Source of the DNA: Comamonadaceae bacterium
GTDB lineage: Bacteria > Pseudomonadota > Gammaproteobacteria > Burkholderiales > Burkholderiaceae_C
Length of the DNA stretch: 53,079 nt
Direction of reading: 5' to 3'
Assembly (NCBI GenBank): GCA_043757205.1
Contig: JAYVPU010000226.1
Span: 1-53,079, forward strand
The translations under genes and the position numbers were made by a program. The notes below the pieces were generated by a model that was not told the DNA's origin, searched no databases, and was given only the letters and a program-made list of their open reading frames with translations. Shown here piece by piece: positions 11,501 through 19,728 of the stretch. Position 1 is the first letter of the stretch; every line of letters starts with the position of its first letter.

Positions 11501-12484
11501 TCAATCCGCCGTGATGCCGGCCGCTTTGATGGTTTTGGACCAAAACTCAGTCTCACGCTTCACCAGATCATCCAGGGCGACGGGCGGCAAGTAGCGCAGC
11601 TCTATCCCTGCGTGATCAGCCCGTGCCTTGGTCTCGGGCAATTCCACGGCTTGCTTGATCTGGCCGCTGAGTTTGGTCACCACATCCGTCGGTGTGCCAG
11701 CCGGGGCGAAGATGCCGACCCAGGCTTCCAGCTCAAAGCCTTTGAGTCCCGCCTCCGCAGTCGTGGGTACATTGGGCAGGCCAGGGTGGCGCGATTTGCC
11801 TGCAATTGCCAGGCCTTTGAGTTTGCCCGCCTGTACATGGCCCATCACAGAAGGTGGCGTGGTGATGAAGACCTGCACCTGGCCCGAGAGCACGTCCTGC
11901 ACGGCCGGGCCGGAGCCCCGGTAAGGGATGTGCACCATGCTGGTGTGCGTCTGCATTTTGAACATCTCGGTGCCGATGTGCGAGAGCGAACCGTTGCCCT
12001 GCGAGGCGTAGCTCAGCTTGCCGGGGTTGGCTTTGAGATAGCTGATGAACTCGTTCAAATTATTGGCGGGCACTGACGGGTGCACGGCAATCACATTGGT
12101 GGCCACGGTGACCAGGGCCACGGGTACAAAATCTTTTTGCGCCCACGGCAGCTTGGGCGACAGCGAGGGGTTGCCCACGTGGTAGGCCGAGTAGGAGGTG
12201 AGCAGGGTGTAGCCATCGGGGTTGGCGCGCGCCACCAAGCTGTAGGCCACGTTGCCGCTGCCACCGCCCTTGTTGTCCACCACCACCGATTGGCCCATCA
12301 CGCGTGCCAGCGGCTCGCTCAGGAGACGTGCAGAGGCATCGACAAAGCCACCGGGCGGGTTGGGCACCACCAACGTGACGGCCTTGCTGGGGTAGCCCTG
12401 GGCCATGGCGATGCCGCACAAGAGGGTGCCGCAGGCCAAGGCCACCAGTGTGCGGAGGGACGTGAAAAGGCTGTGTCGTGTCAT
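11501..12484 (-). CDS. Bug/TctC family tripartite tricarboxylate transporter substrate-binding protein
   Basis: MTRHSLFTSLRTLVALACG signal peptide. YPSKAVTLVVPNPPGGFVDASARLL and PYRGSGPAVQDVLSGQV are Bug hallmarks. The track ORF 11501..13789 is a run-on. Confidence 0.9.
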   Translation of the reverse strand: MTRHSLFTSLRTLVALACGTLLCGIAMAQGYPSKAVTLVVPNPPGGFVDASARLLSEPLARVMGQSVVVDNKGGGSGNVAYSLVARANPDGYTLLTSYSAYHVGNPSLSPKLPWAQKDFVPVALVTVATNVIAVHPSVPANNLNEFISYLKANPGKLSYASQGNGSLSHIGTEMFKMQTHTSMVHIPYRGSGPAVQDVLSGQVQVFITTPPSVMGHVQAGKLKGLAIAGKSRHPGLPNVPTTAEAGLKGFELEAWVGIFAPAGTPTDVVTKLSGQIKQAVELPETKARADHAGIELRYLPPVALDDLVKRETEFWSKTIKAAGITAD

Positions 12485-12592
12485 GTGCGGTTTTCTCTGA
12501 TGGGGGTGGGTAAAATTTTGCTCAGTGCGCCAGTTTAGTATGAGCGAGTTTGCCGCGTTGGTGCGACATGAATCAAACCCTCTAGGATCCCC

Positions 12593-13660
12593 ATGAAAAC
12601 CTACAAAATCGCCTGCATTCCTGGTGACGGCATTGGCAAAGAAGTGGTGCCTGCGGGCCAGACCGTGCTGGCCACGTTGGCCAAGGCCGACGGCACCTTC
12701 AATTTTGACTTTGAGAGCTTCGGCTGGGGTGGTGATTGGTACCGCGCCCACGGGGAGATGATGCCCCAAGACGGTCTGGAGCCGTTGCGCAAGAAGGACG
12801 CTATTCTTTTTGGCTCGGCTGGCGACCCGCACATCCCCGACCACATCACCTTGTGGGGTTTGCGTCTGAAAATTTGCCAGGGTTTCGACCAGTACGCCAA
12901 CGTGCGGCCCACGCGTATTCTGCCGGGCATTGAGACGCCGCTGCGCAACTGCAAGCGCGAAGATTTGAACTGGGTCATCGTGCGCGAAAACTCCGAAGGT
13001 GAATACGCCGGAGTGGGAGGCCGCGCCCATCAAGGTCACCCCATTGAAGTGGCCACCGATGTGTGCATGATGACCCGCGTGGGCGTTGAGCGCGTGATGC
13101 GTTTCGCCTTCAAACTGGCCCAGTCGCGCCCGCGCAAGTTGCTCACCGTCGTCACCAAGTCCAACGCGCAGCGCCATGCGATGGTGATGTGGGACGAGAT
13201 TGCGTTGCAAATCAGCAAAGAGTTTCCCGACGTGACCTGGGACAAAATTTTGGTGGACGCCTGCACCGACCGCATGGTGAACCGCCCCGCGTCGCTGGAC
13301 ACGCTGGTGGCCACCAATTTGCACGCCGATGTGCTCTCCGACCTGGCCGCAGCGCTGGCGGGCAGTCTGGGCATTGCGCCCACCGGCAACATCGACCCCG
13401 AGCGCCGTTACCCCAGCATGTTCGAGCCCATTCACGGCTCGGCCTTTGACATCATGGGCAAGGGTCTGGCCAATCCGATTGGTACGTTCTGGTCGTGCGT
13501 GATGATGTTGGAGCATCTGGGGGAGCCTGTTGCTGCAGCCAAGCTGATGGCGGCGATTGAGTCGGTCACCGCTGACACTTCGCTTCACACGGCGGACTTG
13601 GGTGGCGCGGCGACGATGGATCAGGTGACGGCTGCGGTTTGTTCGCGTATTTCGGGTTGA
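12593..13660 (+). CDS. ttuC: tartrate dehydrogenase/decarboxylase (D-malate dehydrogenase family)
   Basis: Isocitrate/isopropylmalate dehydrogenase fold. MKTYKIACIPGDGIGKEV, VRENSEGEYAG and LVATNLHADVLSDL are closest in pattern to TtuC-type enzymes. Confidence 0.88.
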   Translation: MKTYKIACIPGDGIGKEVVPAGQTVLATLAKADGTFNFDFESFGWGGDWYRAHGEMMPQDGLEPLRKKDAILFGSAGDPHIPDHITLWGLRLKICQGFDQYANVRPTRILPGIETPLRNCKREDLNWVIVRENSEGEYAGVGGRAHQGHPIEVATDVCMMTRVGVERVMRFAFKLAQSRPRKLLTVVTKSNAQRHAMVMWDEIALQISKEFPDVTWDKILVDACTDRMVNRPASLDTLVATNLHADVLSDLAAALAGSLGIAPTGNIDPERRYPSMFEPIHGSAFDIMGKGLANPIGTFWSCVMMLEHLGEPVAAAKLMAAIESVTADTSLHTADLGGAATMDQVTAAVCSRISG

Positions 13661-13700
13661 ATGTAGTCTGATGGTTGGTGTGTGACCTTGGTCGCGGGGT

Positions 13701-13918
13701 CGCATCTGCGTAGTCCGCCCGCCCTCATACTGGGGTACCAGAAATCGGTCGGGCGGAATACGCAGATGCGCCTGCGAGGCGCGTGACACTTGACGGGTTC
13801 GACCTCGACCAACTGTGAGGAAACTACCGGTAGCGCGTCACTACGCTCGCTGCACGATTGGGCTTGCCTCGTCCGACCGATTTCTGGTACCCCAGCATGA
13901 GGGCGGGCGAGGCAAGCC
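13701..13918. repeat. pair of long hairpin modules in inverted orientation sharing a 37-nt core
   Basis: Core 13716-13752 equals the reverse complement of 13873-13909 at 36/37 nt. Each core is closed by its own unrelated perfect stem: 13701-13712/13759-13770 (12 bp) and 13861-13871/13908-13918 (11 bp). Confidence 0.85.
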
Positions 13919-14011
13919 CAAGCGTGCGAACCCACGAAGTCAGACACATTTCTCTCAGGGTATTCCTATGCCCACCACGACCAATGACTAGTCCAAAATA
14001 GCAAGCTCAAC

Positions 14012-14974
14012 ATGAGACTACAAGCCATGAAAAAACTGCTCTCAACTCTGCTCCTAGCGCTGCTGGCACCCCTAGCCCAAGCCCAAGCCTGCCCCGACAA
14101 AAATCTGCTCTACTGGCAAGCTTTTCCTCCAGGCGGCGAGTCTGATTTATCCGCGCGACATCAGCAAATCGTCCTGAAGAAAAAATGCGCCGCCATCGAC
14201 ACCATCATCCAGTACAAGGCCGGTGCCGGTGGCGGACTCATGTGGGGCCAGATGAACCAATTGCCGGGCGATGGCTTGAATGTGGTCGGCATTAACCTGC
14301 CGCACATCGTGTTCCAGCCGCTCGAAGGCCAGGTGCAGTACAAAACGGCTGACATCACGCCGGTGTTTTGGTTTCACTACACGCCCGACATTCTGGTCGT
14401 GCCCGAGCAAAGCCTCATCAAGACCTTTGCCGACTTCATCAAAGCCGCGCAGGCCGAGCCCGGCAAACTCAGCCTGGGCGGATCAGGTCTGAACTCGGCC
14501 AACCACGCCGCGCACGAGCGCCTGAACGCGGCCTTCAACGTCAAGACCAACTACATCCCCTTCAAAGGCACGGGCGACATGGCCACTGCCGTGATGGGCG
14601 CGCAGGTCAGTGGGGCCATCACCTACACCGCGTTTGCCATCAACAACAAAACCCGCATCCGCCCACTCGCCGTGGCCATGGAAAAACGCCACCCCCTGAT
14701 GCCCGATGTGCCCACTTTCAAAGAGCTGGGCGTGGACTGGGTGGATGGTGCTTACCGTGGCATCGGTGTGCCTAAATCCACCCCGCCTGATGCCCGAAAA
14801 CGCCTCTCCGATCTGTGGATGGCCTTGAATAACGAGCCCGAGATGAAAGAGCTGGCCGCCAAGAGCGGCTTTGAGCTGGTCAACATTGGCACGGAGCAGA
14901 TGGACACCTTCATGAAAGAAAAAACCAAGCTCTACATTGAAGGTGCGCAGCGCTTGGGGCTGGGCAAGAAGTAA
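14012..14974 (+). CDS. Bug/TctC family substrate-binding protein
   Basis: Signal peptide (MKKLLSTLLLALLAPLAQA; alternative start at 14027). FKGTGDMATAVMGAQVSG and overall Bug-like pattern. Confidence 0.88.
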   Translation: MRLQAMKKLLSTLLLALLAPLAQAQACPDKNLLYWQAFPPGGESDLSARHQQIVLKKKCAAIDTIIQYKAGAGGGLMWGQMNQLPGDGLNVVGINLPHIVFQPLEGQVQYKTADITPVFWFHYTPDILVVPEQSLIKTFADFIKAAQAEPGKLSLGGSGLNSANHAAHERLNAAFNVKTNYIPFKGTGDMATAVMGAQVSGAITYTAFAINNKTRIRPLAVAMEKRHPLMPDVPTFKELGVDWVDGAYRGIGVPKSTPPDARKRLSDLWMALNNEPEMKELAAKSGFELVNIGTEQMDTFMKEKTKLYIEGAQRLGLGKK

Positions 14975-14980
14975 GCGTTC

Positions 14981-15010
14981 TTGACAGTGGTGGGCCTGCG
15001 TGCGTACAGT
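14981..15010 (+). promoter_or_regulatory. candidate sigma70 promoter for the diguanylate cyclase gene
   Basis: TTGACA (14981-14986), 18-nt spacer, TACAGT (15005-15010), about 40 nt upstream of the ATG at 15052. Confidence 0.35.
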
Positions 15011-15051
15011 CCTGGCTTGCGTTCTGATAAGCCCAAAAAAGAGAGACGTCG

Positions 15052-16599
15052 ATGGACAAAAACAAACCCAAGCCAGCAGTGCGTAGCCTGTCTGAATCAG
15101 ATTTGACACTACGTACGCTCCAATTGGAAAAAACGCTGGAGAGTTCGGGTGAGTCGGTCGTCATCAAAGATTTGAACGCCGTCGTCACCTTCTGGAACCC
15201 ACAAGCCAGCGCCCTCTATGGATTCACGACAGAAGAGGCCCTTGGCCAGTCCTTGCGTGAACTGCACGCCGCTGACTTGAGCGAAGACGCTTACGCCCGG
15301 GTTTTGGCCCGCGTGCGCTCGGGCGAGCCCAGCATGTCCACCACCGAGCGCAAGAAAAAAAATGGCGACACCCTGCATGTGTTGATCCGAACCACCCCGT
15401 TGTTTGACGAAAACGGGGTGCTGGTGGCGGAGTCCACCATCACCCGTGACATCAGTGACATTCGCCGCGCCGAAGATGCCTTGGACGTCGCCAAGTCCGC
15501 GCTCAAAGACAAGCTGGCCGCCAATCGGAACCTCAAGACCGAGGTCGCCTCGCGTCGCAAATCCGAATTGGCCATGCGCGACATGAACCTGGCGATGGAA
15601 CGCACCATGCAAAAAATGGAGATGCTGCACCGCGAGAACGAAACGCTGCTGCACCTCTCCGAGCTTTTGCAGTCTTGTACCGATTGGGACGAGGCCCACG
15701 CCGCCGTGCTGGAGACCACCCAGCAACTCTTCCCCAGCATTCCCGGTGCGCTCTTCATTTACCGCGAATCGCGCGATGTCCTGATGCACGCCGTGTCATG
15801 GGGCGAAACCTCTACCGCCGTCACGCTGCCCGAGCCCTTGCACCCGGAGGACTGTTGGGCCCTGCGTTTGGGTCGCACCCACAGCGTCAACACCCCCAGC
15901 GCCTTCCGCTGCCGCCACCTGCACGGCAGCACGCAGCCGTCCATTTGCTTGCCCGTGCATGGTCAGGGGCAAGCCTTGGGCTTGCTGGTGTTGCGCGTGG
16001 ACGCCAACGAAGACATCAAAGATCGCCTGACTGCGCTGGCCAGCCGCATCGGCCCTGGCTTTGCCAACTTGAAGTTGCGCGAGTCATTGCGCTCACTGGC
16101 CTTGCGTGACACCCTGACGGGCTTGTACAACCGGCGCTACATGGAAGACGCTTTGAAGCGCCTGTTCATCAGCAGTCGCCACAGCAAAAAACCTTTCTCC
16201 ATCCTCATGGTGGACATCGACCATTTCAAACGCTTTAACGACACCTTTGGTCATGCTGCAGGCGACGCCGTGCTGGCGGCCATTGCCAAATGCCTCAAGA
16301 GCACGGTTCGTACCACCGACTTCGCCTGCCGCTATGGGGGTGAAGAACTCGTGGTGCTGATGCCCGACACCAACATGGATAGCGCGATGGAGCGCGCCGA
16401 GGCGATTCGTGTGGCCATTCGCGAGAGCAGCATCACCCATGACGGGCAAACCCTGCCCGCCTGCACGGCGTCCTTTGGTGTGGCCGTTTCCCCCACGCAC
16501 GGCGACAACACGCCGGACCTGTTCAAGGCGGCCGACGCCGCGTTGTACCGGGCCAAAGCCGAGGGGCGTGACCGGGTGTGTGCGGCGGAATCAACCTGA
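15052..16599 (+). CDS. PAS-GAF-GGDEF diguanylate cyclase
   Basis: N-terminal PAS (VVIKDLNAVVTFWNPQASALYGFT), coiled coil, GAF-like middle domain. C-terminal GGDEF domain has DIDHFKRFND, an RTTD I-site 5 residues before RYGGEEL, and AALYRAKAEGRDR. Confidence 0.9.
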   Translation: MDKNKPKPAVRSLSESDLTLRTLQLEKTLESSGESVVIKDLNAVVTFWNPQASALYGFTTEEALGQSLRELHAADLSEDAYARVLARVRSGEPSMSTTERKKKNGDTLHVLIRTTPLFDENGVLVAESTITRDISDIRRAEDALDVAKSALKDKLAANRNLKTEVASRRKSELAMRDMNLAMERTMQKMEMLHRENETLLHLSELLQSCTDWDEAHAAVLETTQQLFPSIPGALFIYRESRDVLMHAVSWGETSTAVTLPEPLHPEDCWALRLGRTHSVNTPSAFRCRHLHGSTQPSICLPVHGQGQALGLLVLRVDANEDIKDRLTALASRIGPGFANLKLRESLRSLALRDTLTGLYNRRYMEDALKRLFISSRHSKKPFSILMVDIDHFKRFNDTFGHAAGDAVLAAIAKCLKSTVRTTDFACRYGGEELVVLMPDTNMDSAMERAEAIRVAIRESSITHDGQTLPACTASFGVAVSPTHGDNTPDLFKAADAALYRAKAEGRDRVCAAEST

Positions 16600-16609
16600 T
16601 TGGGACTTG

Positions 16610-17953
16610 ATGAGCACCCCCCACGCCCACGCCAACCCGCAGACCCACCCCCGCGAATTTCTAACTTATTTGTACACCACCGCCGTGCAACGTTCCCTGC
16701 CGCTGCACACCATGGCGGCCCATTTGCCACCACCGCCCAAAGGTCGCACTGTGGTCATCGGCGCGGGCAAGGCCGGGGGCTCCATGGCTCAGGCGCTGGA
16801 GGCCTTGTGGCCCGCTGATGCGTCCCTGAGCGGCTTGGTGGTCACGCGCTACCACCACATACCGCCACGCCCGGCTGGCTTGGCCTCGCGCATTGAAATT
16901 GTCGAAGCGGCGCACCCGGTGCCTGACGCGGCGGGTCTGGCGGCCTCTCAACGCATTCTCGAATTGGTGCAGGGTCTGACCGCAGATGACCTGGTGTTGT
17001 GCCTGATCTCCGGCGGTGGCTCGTCCCTGCTCACGCTGCCGGCTGAGGGTTTGACGCTGGCCGAGAAGCAACGCATCAACAAAGACCTGCTCAACAGTGG
17101 CGCCAATATTGGCGAGATGAACTGCGTGCGCAAGCACCTCTCGCGCATCAAGGGTGGCCGCTTAGGCGCGGCCTGTGCGCCCGCCCGCGTGGTGACCTTG
17201 ACCATCAGCGACGTCCCGGGGGACGACCCCTCGGTCATTGCCAGCGGGCCGACCGTGGCGGACGCCAGCACCTGTGCCGACGCGCTGGCGATTTTGAAGC
17301 GTTACCGCATCGCCTTGCCACCCCCCCTGCACACCGCGCTGGAGCAGGGCGCGCTGGAAACGCCCAAGCCCGGCGACCTCGCCTTCAACGGCCATGCGGT
17401 TCACATGATTGCCACACCGCAAGAGTCGCTGGAGGCCGCCGCCGCCGCTGCGCGTGACGCAGGCCTCAACGCCTATATCTTGAGCGATGAGATGGAAGGC
17501 GAATCGCGCGAGGTGGGTAAGGTGCAGGCGGCGATGGCGCGCACGGTGGCGCGCACGGCTACTGCCTCCGCCAGCGTTGCCTTCATTAAACCCTGCGTCA
17601 TCCTCAGCGGCGGTGAAACCACGGTCTCGGTGCGCCCTGTGCCCGCAGAGGGGTTGCGAGGCAAGGGCGGGCGTGCGGGCGAGTTTTGCCTAGGTCTGGC
17701 GCTGGGCTTGCAGGGTCAGGCGGGTGTGTACGCCCTGGCGGCCGACACCGACGGCATTGACGGTATGGAAGACAACGCGGGTGCGTTTGTTGAGCCCGGC
17801 ACACTGTCGCGCGCGCAGGCCTTGGGGCTCAAGGTGACCGACAGCCTGGACCGCAACGACGCCTACGGCTACTTCCAGCCCCTGGGCGACCTGGTCATCA
17901 CCGGGCCGACCTACACCAACGTCAATGATTTCCGGGCCTTGTTGATCTTGTAG
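16610..17953 (+). CDS. ttuD: glycerate 2-kinase / hydroxypyruvate reductase family (MOFRL, TtuD-like)
   Basis: MSTPHAHA start 10 nt after the DGC stop. VIGAGKAGGSMAQALE, CLISGGGSSLL, KHLSRIKGGRL and GPTYTNVNDFRALLI are typical of DUF4147/MOFRL glycerate kinases. The track ORF start at 16409 is over-extended. Confidence 0.87.
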   Translation: MSTPHAHANPQTHPREFLTYLYTTAVQRSLPLHTMAAHLPPPPKGRTVVIGAGKAGGSMAQALEALWPADASLSGLVVTRYHHIPPRPAGLASRIEIVEAAHPVPDAAGLAASQRILELVQGLTADDLVLCLISGGGSSLLTLPAEGLTLAEKQRINKDLLNSGANIGEMNCVRKHLSRIKGGRLGAACAPARVVTLTISDVPGDDPSVIASGPTVADASTCADALAILKRYRIALPPPLHTALEQGALETPKPGDLAFNGHAVHMIATPQESLEAAAAAARDAGLNAYILSDEMEGESREVGKVQAAMARTVARTATASASVAFIKPCVILSGGETTVSVRPVPAEGLRGKGGRAGEFCLGLALGLQGQAGVYALAADTDGIDGMEDNAGAFVEPGTLSRAQALGLKVTDSLDRNDAYGYFQPLGDLVITGPTYTNVNDFRALLIL

Positions 17954-17971
17954 GCGGTTTCAGATCAAAGT

Positions 17972-17985
17972 TTGATCTTGCTCAA
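17972..17985. promoter_or_regulatory. FNR/CRP-family-like box TTGAT-N4-CTCAA upstream of the Crp/Fnr gene
   Basis: TTGATCTTGCTCAA matches the TTGAT-N4-ATCAA consensus at 9 of 10 positions, 36 nt upstream of the 18021 start. Extra TTGATCT half-sites lie at 17942-17948 and, inverted, at 17962-17968. Confidence 0.35.
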
Positions 17986-18020
17986 AGCGCATTTGGCGCA
18001 AGTCGGGCAAAGTCATCCCC

Positions 18021-18644
18021 ATGCTACCTTCAGGATTTATCGAGCAAGCCGGTGAAGTGCGCACTTTCGCGCCGGGCTCGGTGCTGCTTAAAAGAGGCAC
18101 CACGTCGGACAGCGTGATGCACGTCGAATCGGGCCGAGTGGCCATGGGCGTCACGGGCGCCGACGGCTTGACGCACCAGTTGGGCGAGGTCGAAGGCCCG
18201 TTCTGGCTGGACGCCACGGACGCTGTTCTGGCCCAGCCCAGCGTGGTCGATGCCGTGGCCGAATCTGAGGTGCGTCTGCGGCGCACGCCTTTGTCCAAAT
18301 TCCGCCAATCCATCACCGACTTGCCGCCCATGGCGCAAATGGTCTTGCACGATGTCGCCCAGGCGCACCGGCAGCAGACCGAGTTGGCGGTCAGCCGTCT
18401 GGCCAAAGATGCGGAAGCCCGTTGTGCGGAGTGGTTGCTCCAGCATGCGCAGCCCAGTGACGTCGGGGTTCAGGCCGTGCTACTGCGGCAAACCAAGGGC
18501 ACGCTGGCCGCGCAGTTGGGCATTGCGCCCGAAACCCTCTCACGCGTGCTGCGTCACTTGCGTGAGCGCAGCCTGATCAGCGGCACGGGTCGCGCTTTGA
18601 AACTACTCGATCCCAGAGGCCTGCGTCGCTTGGCAGGGATTTGA
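18021..18644 (+). CDS. Crp/Fnr family transcriptional regulator
   Basis: N-terminal cNMP-binding-like beta-barrel and C-terminal HTH (TKGTLAAQLGIAPETLSRVLRHLRERSLI). No N-terminal Cys cluster, so it is not a classical O2-sensing FNR. Confidence 0.85.
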   Translation: MLPSGFIEQAGEVRTFAPGSVLLKRGTTSDSVMHVESGRVAMGVTGADGLTHQLGEVEGPFWLDATDAVLAQPSVVDAVAESEVRLRRTPLSKFRQSITDLPPMAQMVLHDVAQAHRQQTELAVSRLAKDAEARCAEWLLQHAQPSDVGVQAVLLRQTKGTLAAQLGIAPETLSRVLRHLRERSLISGTGRALKLLDPRGLRRLAGI

Positions 18645-18694
18645 TCGCGGGCGTCATGGCCTGGATTCATGCCCTGCGAATCACGTCTTGCCAA

Positions 18695-19708
18695 TCAATC
18701 CGCCGAAATCTTTCTCTCTTTGATGATGGCTCCAAAGCGCTGGCTGTCCTCTGCTGCCTTGGCGGCAAACTCAGCTGGCGTGATGGGTAGCGCTTCACCG
18801 CCCAGCGCGGCAATGCGGTCTTTCACGGCCTGTGTGCCCAGAATGCGGTTGATCTCCTGGTTCAGCCGCGCAATCACCGTAGCGGGTGTGGCGGCGGGGG
18901 CGTAGAAGCCAAACACCGTGTCGGCGTCAAAGCCTTTGAGGCCCGCTTCGCTCAGAGTGGGTGCATCGGGGAACAGCGGGGAGCGTTTCGGACTGCCGAC
19001 CGCCAGCAGCTTGAGCTTGCCCGCACGCACCTGATTCAGGCCAATGCCGGGGTCAAAGTAGAAGTCAATCTGCCCAGCCAACAGGTCTTGCAGCGCGGGT
19101 GCCGCGCCCCGGTAGGGCACGTGCACAGCAAAAATGCCCGCCTGACTTTTCAACATTTCACCTGCCAGATGCGGTGAACTACCATTGCCGGGTGAGCCGT
19201 AAGACAGCTTGCCGGGGTTGGCTTTGGCGTAGCTGATGAACTCTGCCATGTTGTTGACCGGCAGACCTGGACGGCTGACCAGAAACACCAGGACGCGGGC
19301 CGCTGCCGCCACGGGGGTGAGGTCTTTGGCCGGCTCAAACGACATCTTGGCGTAGATGTGCGGATTGACCGACACCATGCCGCCGGAGCTCATCAATAGC
19401 GTGTACCCATCGGCGTGAGATTTAGCAACAAAGTCGCCGCCGATATTGCCGCCCGAGCCCGCTCGGTTTTCTACCACCACGGGCTGGCCGAGCGCCTCTT
19501 GCAAGGGCTGGGCCACGATCCGCGCAATCTGGTCGGCCGCGCCGCCGGGCGGGAAGTTGACGATGACCTTGATCGGCTTGGCGGGCCAGACCTGTCCTGA
19601 GCCTGTCGAAGCGGTTTGCGCGTGCGCGGCGGACATGAGGATGGGCAGTGCGCCCGCGCTCACGATCAGGGTCGTGATGAGCGTGCGGCGAATGAGATTG
19701 GCTTTCAT
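18695..19708 (-). CDS. Bug/TctC family substrate-binding protein
   Basis: MKANLIRRTLITTLIVSAGALPILMSAAHA signal peptide. KPIKVIVNFPPGGAADQIARIV and PYRGAAPALQDLLAGQI. The ORF extends to 19765. Confidence 0.9.
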   Translation of the reverse strand: MKANLIRRTLITTLIVSAGALPILMSAAHAQTASTGSGQVWPAKPIKVIVNFPPGGAADQIARIVAQPLQEALGQPVVVENRAGSGGNIGGDFVAKSHADGYTLLMSSGGMVSVNPHIYAKMSFEPAKDLTPVAAAARVLVFLVSRPGLPVNNMAEFISYAKANPGKLSYGSPGNGSSPHLAGEMLKSQAGIFAVHVPYRGAAPALQDLLAGQIDFYFDPGIGLNQVRAGKLKLLAVGSPKRSPLFPDAPTLSEAGLKGFDADTVFGFYAPAATPATVIARLNQEINRILGTQAVKDRIAALGGEALPITPAEFAAKAAEDSQRFGAIIKERKISAD

Positions 19709-19728
19709 TGAGGGTCTCCTTGTGTGTT

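Noticed and set aside
11501-13789. 762-aa minus-strand ORF, the longest complete ORF in this part of the track
   Set aside because: Only the last 327 codons (11501..12484, from MTRHSLF with a signal peptide) look like a real Bug/TctC protein. The upstream 435 codons are Arg/His/Gly-rich antisense read-through of the convincing ttuC gene (12593..13660 +) and of the hairpin repeat region.
13621-13947. 108-aa minus-strand ORF across the ttuC-Bug intergenic region
   Set aside because: It is made almost entirely of the inverted hairpin repeats, has no motif and no RBS, and overlaps the ttuC 3' end. It is more parsimoniously non-coding.
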